64,000 nt of DNA from Nitrosopumilaceae archaeon (GTDB lineage Archaea; Thermoproteota; Nitrososphaeria; Nitrososphaerales; Nitrosopumilaceae), in contig OZ242365.1 in the NCBI GenBank assembly GCA_965208905.1, positions 288,001 to 352,000 on the forward strand, written 5' to 3'. Position 1 is the stretch's first letter; the number at the start of each line of letters is the position of its first letter. Shown here piece after piece: positions 53,112 to 62,376 of the stretch. The translations under genes were made by a program, and so were the position numbers. Under the pieces are notes generated by a model. That model ran no database searches and was not told the origin of the DNA. It worked only from the letters and a program-made list of their open reading frames with translations.

Positions 53112-53381
53112 TCAAGATATTAGGAATATCAGATATATGGAACCGCCCATCAAGCTAAAGCCCAGGCCCATATATACAACCCGATTATTCTTGTCATATG
53201 TTGACTTCCAGAGTAGTACGCCTCCTAAAAGGCCCAAGAGCAGCACAAATACGCCGGCAATAAGCATGTCACCATCGGTACCAGATACTAGAGGCTGAAA
53301 AAGGCCTGACAACAGCATAAAGAATACTATCAAGTATACGTACTTGAAGGAGGATAATGATTTTGTTGTATTTTCAGGCAA
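53112..53381 (-). CDS. Small membrane protein (3 TM)
   Basis: Hydrophobic 89-aa ORF; its stop codon lies inside the TSD of the adjacent element. Confidence 0.65.
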   Translation of the reverse strand: MPENTTKSLSSFKYVYLIVFFMLLSGLFQPLVSGTDGDMLIAGVFVLLLGLLGGVLLWKSTYDKNNRVVYMGLGFSLMGGSIYLIFLIS

Positions 53382-53418
53382 CTACAAACAGTACGAACAA
53401 AAGTCGGTAATAAATTTA

Positions 53419-53790
53419 GGGAATTATATACGAAGTTAACGCCAATTGGTGTCAATCTTGTCTTGTCCTAGAGCCTTTGATAGTGGCGCGTATGGTGTTG
53501 CATCTCTTTCGAGATCAGCAGCTGCTGCCAAGTGTCTGCCGCCAACACCAACACCCCGCATATTGCCAGTCTTTTTTGGTTTGTACGACACTACTATGCA
53601 TTTGGTTATCTCCCCGCCAAGTAGGTATGATGAGACAGTGTTGTTGTAAACATACCATAAAATGTATGATTCGTGCGGACGGTCCACTCGTATAGTTTTG
53701 TGTTATGCTACAATCTTACCTTGTAGACCGTGTCATGGGTTCCTTTTAGAGGTGACTTTGTATATTGCGCTACTTTCGTGTATGATTCCC
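53419..53790 (-). mobile_element. MITE (372 bp) derived from the 51644-53109 tnpB element family; 8-bp TSD TAAATTTA
   Basis: Ends GGGAATTATATACGAAG and (reverse complement) GGGAATCATACACGAAAG; TAAATTTA at 53411-53418 and 53791-53798; tnpB relics EWTVRTNH, YVYNNTVSSYLLGGE, TGNMRGVGVGGRHLA. Confidence 0.85.
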
Positions 53791-53795
53791 TAAAT

Positions 53796-55490
53796 TTACA
53801 TCATGCCGCCCATATCAGGCATACCACCCATGCCGGGCATTCCTCCCATACCACCCATACCAGGCATACCGCCTTCGGCTCCAGGTGGAGGTCCTGCAGA
53901 CTTTGCAGTGGTAATAACATCATCTATGCGCAATAGCATACAGGCAGCTTCGGTGGCAGCCATGACTACTTGTAGTTTGACAGAGAGTGGTTCAATAATC
54001 TCGCTCTCCTTCATATCAGAGACCGCAGCCTTTGTTACATCAATACCAACCCATCGCTCACCCTTCAAATGGCGGCTTCGTAGGGAGGTCAGTGTATCAA
54101 TGGGATCCATGCCTGCATTCTCTGCCAAAGCCAGTGGTATGGACTCCATGCTGTCGGCGAACTTTTCTGCAGCCAACTGTTCACGGCCATCTAACGTATT
54201 AGACCAATTCTGTAAGCTTGTGGCGACAAATGTCTCGGGAGCTCCACCCCCAGCCACAACTGATGGTCTTAGTGTAACGTCTCGAACCACCATCAACGCA
54301 TCATGTACAGAACGTTCTACTTCATCTACAACTCTTTGTGAGCCTCCCCGGAGCAGTATGGTAACGGATTTTGGATTGTCACAACCTCGTATAAAGACCC
54401 ACTTGTCTTCTTCAATCTTTTGTTCCTCAACAACTTCTGCTACGCCTAGCTTGACACTGGGCAAGTCGTCGAGATTGGTAACTATCTGTGTGCCGGTAGC
54501 CTTGGCTAACTTTGTCAAGTCACTCTCTTTGATACGACGTACTGCCAAGACACCTGCCTTTGCTAGATAGTGTTGAGCCATATCATCAATTCCTTTCTGG
54601 CACAAGACTACGTTGGCGCCGCTGCCAACAATCTTGTCAACCATGGACTTTAACATTCGGTTCTCTTCTTCCAAAAAGATCTTTATTTGTTGGGGGTTTG
54701 AGATGTTTATCTTGGCATCCGTCTCGGTCTTGTTTATCTCCAAAGCAGAGTTTAACAGTGCAATTCGGGCATTTGATACTCTGCGTGGCATTCCACCATG
54801 GACTATCTCTTTGTCCAAAACCACTCCCTTTACAATCTCAGAGTTTTTAATTGAGGCACCTGCCTTCTTCTCCACCTTTATATCATCAACATCTACCTTG
54901 TAATCACCATCATCTTTCTCTGTAACTGACATTACAGCTTGTACCACAATATCTGCGAGTTGATCTGAATCGCTCTTTACTAGTTTTGTTTGCATGGCAG
55001 TTCGTGCCACCTTCTTTAGAGTATCCACATCATCAGCAGACACAGTCTCGCTGATCTCAGCCAAGAAGGAACCTGCCTGCTTTGAGGCCTTTCTGTAGCC
55101 ATCCACAATTATGGTAGGGTGTACATCCTGATTAACCAAAACCTCAGCATTCTCCAATAGGGCACCTGCCAAGACCACTGCAGATGTAGTTCCATCACCC
55201 ACCTCATTATCGGTAGTCTTTGAGATCTCGACGAGCATCTTTGCGGCAGGGTGTTGTACATCTATCTCTTTGAGTATGGTGGCGCCATCATTGGTTATTG
55301 TGACATCGCCCAAAGAGTCCACCAACATCTTGTCCATTCCTCGAGGGCCTAGACTCGTACGTACTATCTCGGCGATTATCTTTGATGCTGCAATGTTGTT
55401 CTTGTGAGCATCACGTCCTTTTGTCTCAGTAGAACCATCTTTTAGTAGCACTACGGGCATCTTTCCCTGAGAAGCCATTTGTACACTCAT
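53796..55490 (-). CDS. ths: Thermosome (group II chaperonin) subunit
   Basis: [19 protein letters not shown]-repeat tail. Confidence 0.95.
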   Translation of the reverse strand: MSVQMASQGKMPVVLLKDGSTETKGRDAHKNNIAASKIIAEIVRTSLGPRGMDKMLVDSLGDVTITNDGATILKEIDVQHPAAKMLVEISKTTDNEVGDGTTSAVVLAGALLENAEVLVNQDVHPTIIVDGYRKASKQAGSFLAEISETVSADDVDTLKKVARTAMQTKLVKSDSDQLADIVVQAVMSVTEKDDGDYKVDVDDIKVEKKAGASIKNSEIVKGVVLDKEIVHGGMPRRVSNARIALLNSALEINKTETDAKINISNPQQIKIFLEEENRMLKSMVDKIVGSGANVVLCQKGIDDMAQHYLAKAGVLAVRRIKESDLTKLAKATGTQIVTNLDDLPSVKLGVAEVVEEQKIEEDKWVFIRGCDNPKSVTILLRGGSQRVVDEVERSVHDALMVVRDVTLRPSVVAGGGAPETFVATSLQNWSNTLDGREQLAAEKFADSMESIPLALAENAGMDPIDTLTSLRSRHLKGERWVGIDVTKAAVSDMKESEIIEPLSVKLQVVMAATEAACMLLRIDDVITTAKSAGPPPGAEGGMPGMGGMGGMPGMGGMPDMGGMM

Positions 55491-55641
55491 CGAAATTACC
55501 TTCTACAGGCCTCTTTTATATGTTCTGAAAAACGCATGCTTTCTTACATTTTATTATAAATTATGTATAGTATGTAATTTTTGTTGGGCAGATGTAATTA
55601 GTTGTAATCTGTTTTTATACATGACATAGTAACTTCAAACC

Positions 55642-56133
55642 ATGTATGATAAAGGACTTTTGATAGGTCGTTTTCAACCATTTCACAATGGACATATGCA
55701 TGCCATCAAGTATATCTTGGGTCAGGTCAGCCATCTGTTACTGGGAATTGGTAGTTCCAATCGCTCCATGGAGAGAGAAAATCCCTTTACTGCGAAAGAA
55801 CGCAAAGAGATGATACAGGGATCATTAACCCAACAACAACACGACAGAGTCACCATCTGTTTCATACCCGATGTGCAGAACCATATAAAGTGGATTGCCC
55901 TTATACAGCAGACCCTACCGCAGTTTGATGTTGTATTTACCAATGATGAGATTACACGTAGATTGTATACGCAGAAGAAGATGCCGGTGTGTAGTATACC
56001 GTTTCTGGACAGGGCGCATCTTTCAGGTACAAGTATACGCCATGGTATATCTGTTGGAGAGAGATGGCATCATCTTGTACCGCCCGGCACAGTGACAGTC
56101 GTAGAACCCTTACAAGATAGGATATGTGAGTAG
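55642..56133 (+). CDS. nadM: Nicotinamide-nucleotide adenylyltransferase
   Basis: GRFQPFHNGH, NPFT..ER, SGTSIR. Confidence 0.9.
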   Translation: MYDKGLLIGRFQPFHNGHMHAIKYILGQVSHLLLGIGSSNRSMERENPFTAKERKEMIQGSLTQQQHDRVTICFIPDVQNHIKWIALIQQTLPQFDVVFTNDEITRRLYTQKKMPVCSIPFLDRAHLSGTSIRHGISVGERWHHLVPPGTVTVVEPLQDRICE

Positions 56134-56241
56134 ATGATTCAACAAAGCCACAAGTGTAGTAGATTCTGGCTCAAACAATCTGCTTTTGGTCTATCGGAAA
56201 TTTCAACACTATAAATAGCGCTAAAATCAATTTACATTGAT

Positions 56242-57387
56242 TTGGAATATCTGGTAATGCTTCCTGGTCCCACCAATGTGCCAGAGAGAGTGGCAAGGGC
56301 CATGTATGTCCCCATGATTAATCACCGAAGTGCTGATTTTGTAGACTTGTACGTACCATGTATAGAGAAGACAAAACAGGTCTTCAAGACGGAGGGAGAT
56401 GCAGTCTGCCTCTCCGCGTCAGGAACAGGTGCGGTTGAAGCAAGTGTGGTAAATCTAGTTAAAAAGGGAGACAAGGTCATAGTACCAGTAAACGGAGAGT
56501 TCAGCAATCGCTTGGCTCAGATGATAGAGTGGGCCGGTGGTCAGACTATTCGCGTAGAGACCAAGCCGGGCGTTACTGCCACATTGGATCAAGTTCGTGA
56601 AGCCTTTGACAACAATCCAGATGTTAAGGCGTTCTATTGTGTGTGGAATGAGACCTCCACTGGTACAATGATAAAGTATCTAGATAGGATAAAGGATTTA
56701 ACCTCGCGCAATGATGCATTCTACGTTGTAGATGGCGTCTCCATTGTAGGGGGCGAAGAGTTAGAGATGGACAAATGGGGTGTCGACATAGCAATGACTG
56801 GTGCGCAGAAGGCATTCGCTGCCCCTCCAGGTATATCACCCATCTGTGTTAATGAACGTACTAAAAAGTACATGATGAATAATCCACCAGATACCATGTA
56901 CTTTAATCTGCCCCGTTACTTTAGATATTATGATGAGTCCAAACATACACCATTTACACCTGCCTTGCCACTCTTATACGCGTATAATGAGGCCATGGAC
57001 ATAATACTCGAGGAAGGTATTGACAATCGCATACAGCGACATAGAACCTGCTCGGCCGCCCTATACGCGGGATTGAGTGCCATTGGCCTTACGCCTTTTG
57101 CTAATGAGGACTCACGTTCCACTGTGGTCATTGCTTTAAACTATCTGCCGAATTTGGAGGATGCAACATTCAGAAATACATTGGCAAAAGAGTTTCGTGT
57201 GCTGGTGGCTGGTGGTTTTGGTAATCTGAAAGGCAAGGTCTTTCGTGTTGGCTGCATGGGAGAGGTACACAGATATCATGTCATGAGAACCATCTCGGCA
57301 ATATCGTCCACATTAGCCATGATGGGGTACGATACGGATCCTGAGGCTGGATTAAAAGTTGCCAGCCAAAAACTATCGGCATTATAA
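56242..57387 (+). CDS. Class V PLP aminotransferase (serine-pyruvate/alanine-glyoxylate type)
   Basis: MLPGPT, NETSTG, VDGVS, GAQKA..PPG, FRVGCMG. Confidence 0.9.
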   Translation: MEYLVMLPGPTNVPERVARAMYVPMINHRSADFVDLYVPCIEKTKQVFKTEGDAVCLSASGTGAVEASVVNLVKKGDKVIVPVNGEFSNRLAQMIEWAGGQTIRVETKPGVTATLDQVREAFDNNPDVKAFYCVWNETSTGTMIKYLDRIKDLTSRNDAFYVVDGVSIVGGEELEMDKWGVDIAMTGAQKAFAAPPGISPICVNERTKKYMMNNPPDTMYFNLPRYFRYYDESKHTPFTPALPLLYAYNEAMDIILEEGIDNRIQRHRTCSAALYAGLSAIGLTPFANEDSRSTVVIALNYLPNLEDATFRNTLAKEFRVLVAGGFGNLKGKVFRVGCMGEVHRYHVMRTISAISSTLAMMGYDTDPEAGLKVASQKLSAL

Positions 57388-57428
57388 GATTTAGACGTGG
57401 CCAAAATTGATTTAAAGGCAGTAATAGT

Positions 57429-57983
57429 ATGATGAGTGGTATAGACATACTGTTAGAGGACCATCGTCAGATAAGACGTTTGGGCCATGTCATTTTACAA
57501 TGTCATAAGCAGTTAGAGGCGGGTCATGACATACCCATAGATGACATGGAACTAATAGCAAGCATAATAGATGATTTTCTGGACTCAATACACTACTCCC
57601 GGGAGGAAGACTCTTACTTTCCGTGTGTGGCCAGCTATAATACACTAAACAGTGATATACGTAAACTCTTGATTGAGCATGAATTTTCCAGAAGGGTGTC
57701 TCGCCAGATATCCAGACATTTGGCAGCCTGGCGCGAGGGTCATGACTCCCGAGAGCCAGTAGGCCGCTACATGAAGGCGTATTGGATATATCTTAATGAT
57801 CACATGGATAAAGAGGAAAAGTTCTTTGAGGAGGCACAGAGACAACACATATCCAGAGAGGAGGGCCTGGAGATGTCTGCGCAGTTTCAAACTACAAAGG
57901 CTGCCATACAGTTGGATCGTATTCTAGATGATATATCATATCTGGAAGGCTGTAGCTGGTGTAAGGAATACCCCAAGAAATAA
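57429..57983 (+). CDS. Hemerythrin-domain protein
   Basis: EDH, HYSREE..FP, EHE, HMDKEE motifs. Confidence 0.85.
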   Translation: MMSGIDILLEDHRQIRRLGHVILQCHKQLEAGHDIPIDDMELIASIIDDFLDSIHYSREEDSYFPCVASYNTLNSDIRKLLIEHEFSRRVSRQISRHLAAWREGHDSREPVGRYMKAYWIYLNDHMDKEEKFFEEAQRQHISREEGLEMSAQFQTTKAAIQLDRILDDISYLEGCSWCKEYPKK

Positions 57984-58009
57984 AAATCCCAGATTGTGTA
58001 ACTTCAACA

Positions 58010-58525
58010 ATGAAACCATTTGTAATATGGATGACCGGACTTCCGTGCTCGGGCAAAAGCACCATCGTCCGACATCTTCAAAAGGAGATACCCAACTTGG
58101 CCATGTTGGACGGTGATGAGTTACGGGAGTGGTTCTCTCCTCAGGACTTTTCAAAGGCAGGGCGGGACGAACATAACAGACGTGTTGCGCACTTGGCAAA
58201 GATGCTCCTAAAACACAAGGTACCTGCAATAGTATCTCTGGTATCACCCTACAGGGAGAATCGTGAAGTAGCCCGTCAAATAATAGACGCGGGGCCGGCA
58301 TTTGCTGAATGTTACGTGCGATGTTCTCTAGAGAAATGTGAAGAACGGGATGTAAAAGGCATGTACGCAAAGGCCAGACGAGGCGAGATAAAGGGTTTCA
58401 CAGGAATTGATGATCCGTATGAGGCGCCAGAGAGTCCAGATATTATAATAGATACAGAGTTAGATACTCTGGAAGCCAGCTCGGCTCAACTTGTCGACTT
58501 TTTGCGGGCACGTAATCTACTATAA
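58010..58525 (+). CDS. cysC: Adenylyl-sulfate kinase
   Basis: WMTGLPCSGKST, LDGD, RDVKGMY, FTGIDDPYE. Confidence 0.95.
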   Translation: MKPFVIWMTGLPCSGKSTIVRHLQKEIPNLAMLDGDELREWFSPQDFSKAGRDEHNRRVAHLAKMLLKHKVPAIVSLVSPYRENREVARQIIDAGPAFAECYVRCSLEKCEERDVKGMYAKARRGEIKGFTGIDDPYEAPESPDIIIDTELDTLEASSAQLVDFLRARNLL

Positions 58526-59304
58526 GACTTCACCATACAATCATGAAGATATCCGTTTGTAGCCAGTATGCCGTTTTGGTGGCAGACATCCGCCTGGTTA
58601 TACACAAGACGGCATCCTTGCATATCAGTCATCACACCGCCGGCCTCGTGTAGTATACAGTATGAAGCAGCTGTATCCCACTCTTTTATGCGGTTTGAGA
58701 ATGTAATGTATGCATCGGCCTCGCCGGAGCTTACCGCCATCACCTTGAGAGAACTTCCCTTGGACTGCAGACTCTTTACATGTAACTCCTCTATAAAATT
58801 ACGTTCAGATTCAGGGTTGTGGGTTCGTGATACAAGCACTCTGGACTGTAGTACGTTACTGATCTTGGATACTCCGATTCTGCTCCACATGCCCTTCTGA
58901 TACATCCAGGCACCTTGTCCTAACTCGGCCGCATATGTTAAGCCTTCATGAGGGGAGTCAATCACGCCCACCACCGGCACTCCATTCTTTACCAACGAGA
59001 CCATAACGGTAAATTCACCTGTGCGGTTTACAAACTCCGCAGTGCCATCTAAAGGGTCAACCACCCACACGTATTCAGCATCAAGACGGGATGCATCATC
59101 AGCACCCTCTTCGGTCAATATGGGATAATCTCCAGCTGTCAGTATATCGCTAATTATATCATTACTCTGTATGTCAGCATCTGTGACAGGCGAGTCATCA
59201 CTCTTTAACTCATATGTTATGGTTTTATCATACAGTCTCATAACTGCCTCTCCACCCTGTCTAGCAGCCTTTATCGCCAGCTGGGTATCTGCAGACCAAT
59301 TCAT
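58486..59304 (-). CDS. cysQ: 3'(2'),5'-bisphosphate nucleotidase
   Basis: K.DDSPVT.AD, EE, VDPLDGT.EF, GSSLK, EWDTAA. Confidence 0.9.
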   Translation of the reverse strand: MNWSADTQLAIKAARQGGEAVMRLYDKTITYELKSDDSPVTDADIQSNDIISDILTAGDYPILTEEGADDASRLDAEYVWVVDPLDGTAEFVNRTGEFTVMVSLVKNGVPVVGVIDSPHEGLTYAAELGQGAWMYQKGMWSRIGVSKISNVLQSRVLVSRTHNPESERNFIEELHVKSLQSKGSSLKVMAVSSGEADAYITFSNRIKEWDTAASYCILHEAGGVMTDMQGCRLVYNQADVCHQNGILATNGYLHDCMVKSYSRLRARKKSTS

Positions 59305-59507
59305 GTGGCCAACTCGGGTTTGAGCATCCAGACCACTGCTAACATTACAAATGGTATAGACACAATTCCGATTATGCCCAGTATGGTAAACACTTGAGAC
59401 TCTGGAATGTCAGGGTTCCCCACTACCCAAGGCAGAGGCAGTGTCACCACTACCCATATAACACCCAAGAGTATCAAAAGTCGTATCTTGCCTTTTTTGT
59501 TTAACAT
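59301..59507 (-). CDS. Small membrane protein (2 TM)
   Basis: Two hydrophobic helices; overlaps cysQ start. Confidence 0.65.
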   Translation of the reverse strand: MLNKKGKIRLLILLGVIWVVVTLPLPWVVGNPDIPESQVFTILGIIGIVSIPFVMLAVVWMLKPELAT

Positions 59508-59578
59508 TATATTGTAGTCTCCATATACGCTTTAAAATCCATACCATGCGGCAGATAAACAAAAGTTTATGCATAATG

Positions 59579-59700
59579 GGTTCCTCTCGCAAAGACGGGT
59601 GGTGACGATAGTGTCTCGTATGATAGTCCCCAGTAAGGACACCGCGACAGACTGCGCAAAGTTTGGAAGTATGATAGGGGTTCATTTTAACGGCTTCGGC
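59579..59700 (-). mobile_element. Truncated relic of the 41442-43057 tnpB element family
   Basis: End GGTTCCTCTCGCAAAGACGGGTG at 59579 joined to tnpB Zn-finger relic GAEAVKMNPYHTSKLCAVCRGVLTGDYH (compare GVEALHMRPHNTSKLCAACRTPLTGAYH). Confidence 0.8.
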
Positions 59701-59828
59701 CCCTAGTGTTTGTCCTTATTCCATACGTATTGCTTGCCGAGCCTATGTCTTAAATAGTGAACTGATTTCAGGATTATAGATCATAAATTTGTTTTAAAAA
59801 CATTTTTATAGTAAAAATTACCGGTAAA

Positions 59829-59999
59829 GGTTCTGGGAAATCAACGGGACATGACATGGAAGCCGCAGGTATCACTATCGAGGGCAATAGCAAGTACCTA
59901 ACCCTCATTCGAGCAGCCGCAGAATCAACATCTTAATCCCTCATTTTTTATGTCCCTAATTTCCCACTACATGTCATGTCCCGTTGATTTCCCAGAACC
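59829..59999 (+). mobile_element. MITE (171 bp) derived from an IS6-like element; perfect 30-bp TIRs, 8-bp TSD CCGGTAAA
   Basis: GGTTCTGGGAAATCAACGGGACATGACATG at 59829-59858 and its reverse complement at 59970-59999; CCGGTAAA at 59821-59828 and 60000-60007; internal EAAGITIEGNSKYLTLI resembles the C-terminus of archaeal IS6-like DDE transposases. Confidence 0.88.
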
Positions 60000-60043
60000 C
60001 CGGTAAATATATCTTTTTAAGTAATTACAACGTATTAAGTATA

Positions 60044-60970
60044 GTGGTTGATACATATAATACCACACATCACGATCAAAGATGCCAATCCTCTACCTTC
60101 ATAACCGATTATGAGCGAGGGGAGGTCATCTGTAGTGTGTGTGGGGAAGTGATGGCAGTCTCTCTAACAGATGGAGCTCGTCCTGATCAACTATACACGT
60201 CCGAACAATTTATGAAACGGGCACAAAATGGCCCAACTTCATCTTTGGTGATGTATGATCAAGGACTCTCCACCGTTATTGGTACCAATAGAGACTCTGC
60301 TGGAAACGCCCTTTCGGTAAAATCAAAGTATGAGTTTAATCGGCTCCGTATGTGGGATAGACGAAGTAAGTCCCGCTCATCAGTCTCATTAAGTAAGGCC
60401 TTCACACTGTTAAACTCAATGAAGACAAAGCTGGCCATACCCGACAGTGTAGTGGAGAGGACCGCCTTCATATACCGCAAGGTGGTGGCTGCAAATCTGA
60501 CTCGGGGTAGAACCATAGCATCCTTGTTGACCGCGGCTTTGTATATTGCCTGTCGTGAGAGTGACATACCACGTACGCTAGATGAGTTAGTAGCCATATC
60601 AAATATAGAAAAGAAGGCACTCTTTCGGGACTTGTCGGTCATCTTAAAGCGTCTGGACATAACTTTGGGGCAGTACGATACATCCTCGTTTGTAGTGAAA
60701 CTGTCCAATAACATGAAACTCTCAGAGAAGACCAAGAGGATGGCATTAGAGATACTGCGACGTAGTAAGAAGAAGAGACTTACGGCAGGTAAGCATCCGG
60801 TAGCGATGGCCGCAGCATCAGTCTACATGTCCACATTATTGAATAATGAGAATATAACCCAGAGTTTACTATCCCGGAATGCTGGTGTCAGTGATGTAAC
60901 AATTCGTAGTAGTGTCAATCTAATACGTAACGCCTTAAACATTAAAGACAGCTTACCCGAGTATGCGTAG
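60044..60970 (+). CDS. tfb: Transcription initiation factor IIB paralog
   Basis: ITDYERGEVICSVCG Zn ribbon, GLST.I, two cyclin repeats (RGR..., GKHP), VS.VTIR; start placed at GTG 60044. Confidence 0.9.
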   Translation: MVDTYNTTHHDQRCQSSTFITDYERGEVICSVCGEVMAVSLTDGARPDQLYTSEQFMKRAQNGPTSSLVMYDQGLSTVIGTNRDSAGNALSVKSKYEFNRLRMWDRRSKSRSSVSLSKAFTLLNSMKTKLAIPDSVVERTAFIYRKVVAANLTRGRTIASLLTAALYIACRESDIPRTLDELVAISNIEKKALFRDLSVILKRLDITLGQYDTSSFVVKLSNNMKLSEKTKRMALEILRRSKKKRLTAGKHPVAMAAASVYMSTLLNNENITQSLLSRNAGVSDVTIRSSVNLIRNALNIKDSLPEYA

Positions 60971-61008
60971 AGGGCGCATTACCCCTTTTTTTTAAAATGA
61001 AAAAATCG

Positions 61009-62292
61009 TTAAGATAGAAGGTTGTCTAGAGCGTCGTGTAGTTCATTGTTGGTTATCTGACCACCCTCATACAGTTCAAACAGTTCTGAGGCAGCACTTA
61101 TCATGTTGAGGAATGTCGACTGATCAATCTCATCGTCTTCATACATCTCATTTACAGTATCGATGTAATCTTCAATATCATCAGATACAGTATCACTAAC
61201 CCAAACGTTGGTGGGGCCTGTGTACACTGGTTCACCATCATATGTAACTTGTGAAAGGCCGTCAAGGCCTATGTTCTTTACCAAATCTGCAATGGGCACA
61301 TACAACAGTTGTGAGCTGTATTGTTGTCCATCGGTGATCATCCAAGCAATCATATCAGCTATTGCAGATGCATGCTCAAGGTTGTCGGCAGAGTCTTTCA
61401 GGTCAGGGTGAATTATGAGGTATGAAAAGCTGGTGATCGGATATGAATTAAAGCCGGGTGCGGCCAAAAGATCCACATCTCTCCAACTCTCCTCGGCGTT
61501 GGGTAGCCAAAATGCTGCAGAACCAGAAGCGGCACTAGCCGTATCAAGTGATGGGGGTACAAAGTTTGTGTGGTCACCATTCTGTAGATCTGCAACAGTC
61601 ATGTCATTCTGGAAGGCATATGCCAATGTAACATAGCCTATAGAGTTAGGTGTAGAGTTGATTGTTCCAGCTACACCCTCATTACCAGGAGAACCTAGTC
61701 CGCTAGGCCAGGGTACTGACTTTGCGGCACCAACTTGCTCATCCCATTCTGGACACACTTTAGTCAGATAGCTGGTAAAGGCAAATGTCGTACCTGAACC
61801 ATCTGAGCGGTGAACAGTCTGTATGGCGGCATTGGGTAGTTCAACACCGGGGTTGTCATCTTTGATCTCATCATCACTCCAATTTGTTATCTCACCCAAG
61901 AATATACCACATATGGCTTCCTCGGATATATTTAGTCCGCTACCAACGTTATCTACATTATACGCAACGGATATGGCGCCAACCATTTCAGGTATTGTGA
62001 TAGTACCAGGAGCTGCATCATATTCGGCATCAGTAAGTGGTGCATCGGTGGCGCCAAATTGGCCCAACTTATTTATGTGATCTTTAACTCCGCCTCCGCT
62101 TCCTATAGACTGGTAGTTGAACGCAATGTTCGGCTCTACCTCAGAGTATTGTACTCTCCACAAGTCCAAGAGTGGAAATGCAAAGGTGGCGCCAGATGCC
62201 TCAATTAGTGTTTGGGCAAAGGCGGACTGTGTAGAGGGTATAGCTGCAGTCAGTAAAACTGCTATGGTTGCTATTGCGATTATCTTTCTCAT
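61009..62292 (-). CDS. pstS: Phosphate ABC transporter substrate-binding protein with acidic C-terminal extension
   Basis: SGATF, YQSIGSGGG, HRSDGSGTT, YPI. Confidence 0.9.
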   Translation of the reverse strand: MRKIIAIATIAVLLTAAIPSTQSAFAQTLIEASGATFAFPLLDLWRVQYSEVEPNIAFNYQSIGSGGGVKDHINKLGQFGATDAPLTDAEYDAAPGTITIPEMVGAISVAYNVDNVGSGLNISEEAICGIFLGEITNWSDDEIKDDNPGVELPNAAIQTVHRSDGSGTTFAFTSYLTKVCPEWDEQVGAAKSVPWPSGLGSPGNEGVAGTINSTPNSIGYVTLAYAFQNDMTVADLQNGDHTNFVPPSLDTASAASGSAAFWLPNAEESWRDVDLLAAPGFNSYPITSFSYLIIHPDLKDSADNLEHASAIADMIAWMITDGQQYSSQLLYVPIADLVKNIGLDGLSQVTYDGEPVYTGPTNVWVSDTVSDDIEDYIDTVNEMYEDDEIDQSTFLNMISAASELFELYEGGQITNNELHDALDNLLS

Positions 62293-62376
62293 TATATCAG
62301 TTAGAAATATTGTGGTATAATCATAGATTGACTGTAGATTACAAAATATAATAACAAATCAGAGGGGTATAGACTA

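Noticed and set aside
53800-53880. Short tandem repeats at the thermosome 3' end
   Set aside because: They encode the ordinary GGM/PGM chaperonin tail.
53803-54570. 255-aa plus-strand ORF and similar long antisense ORFs (for example 51964-52626, 24577-25107, 60259-60735)
   Set aside because: Shadow frames of well-supported genes on the opposite strand, with no motifs of their own.
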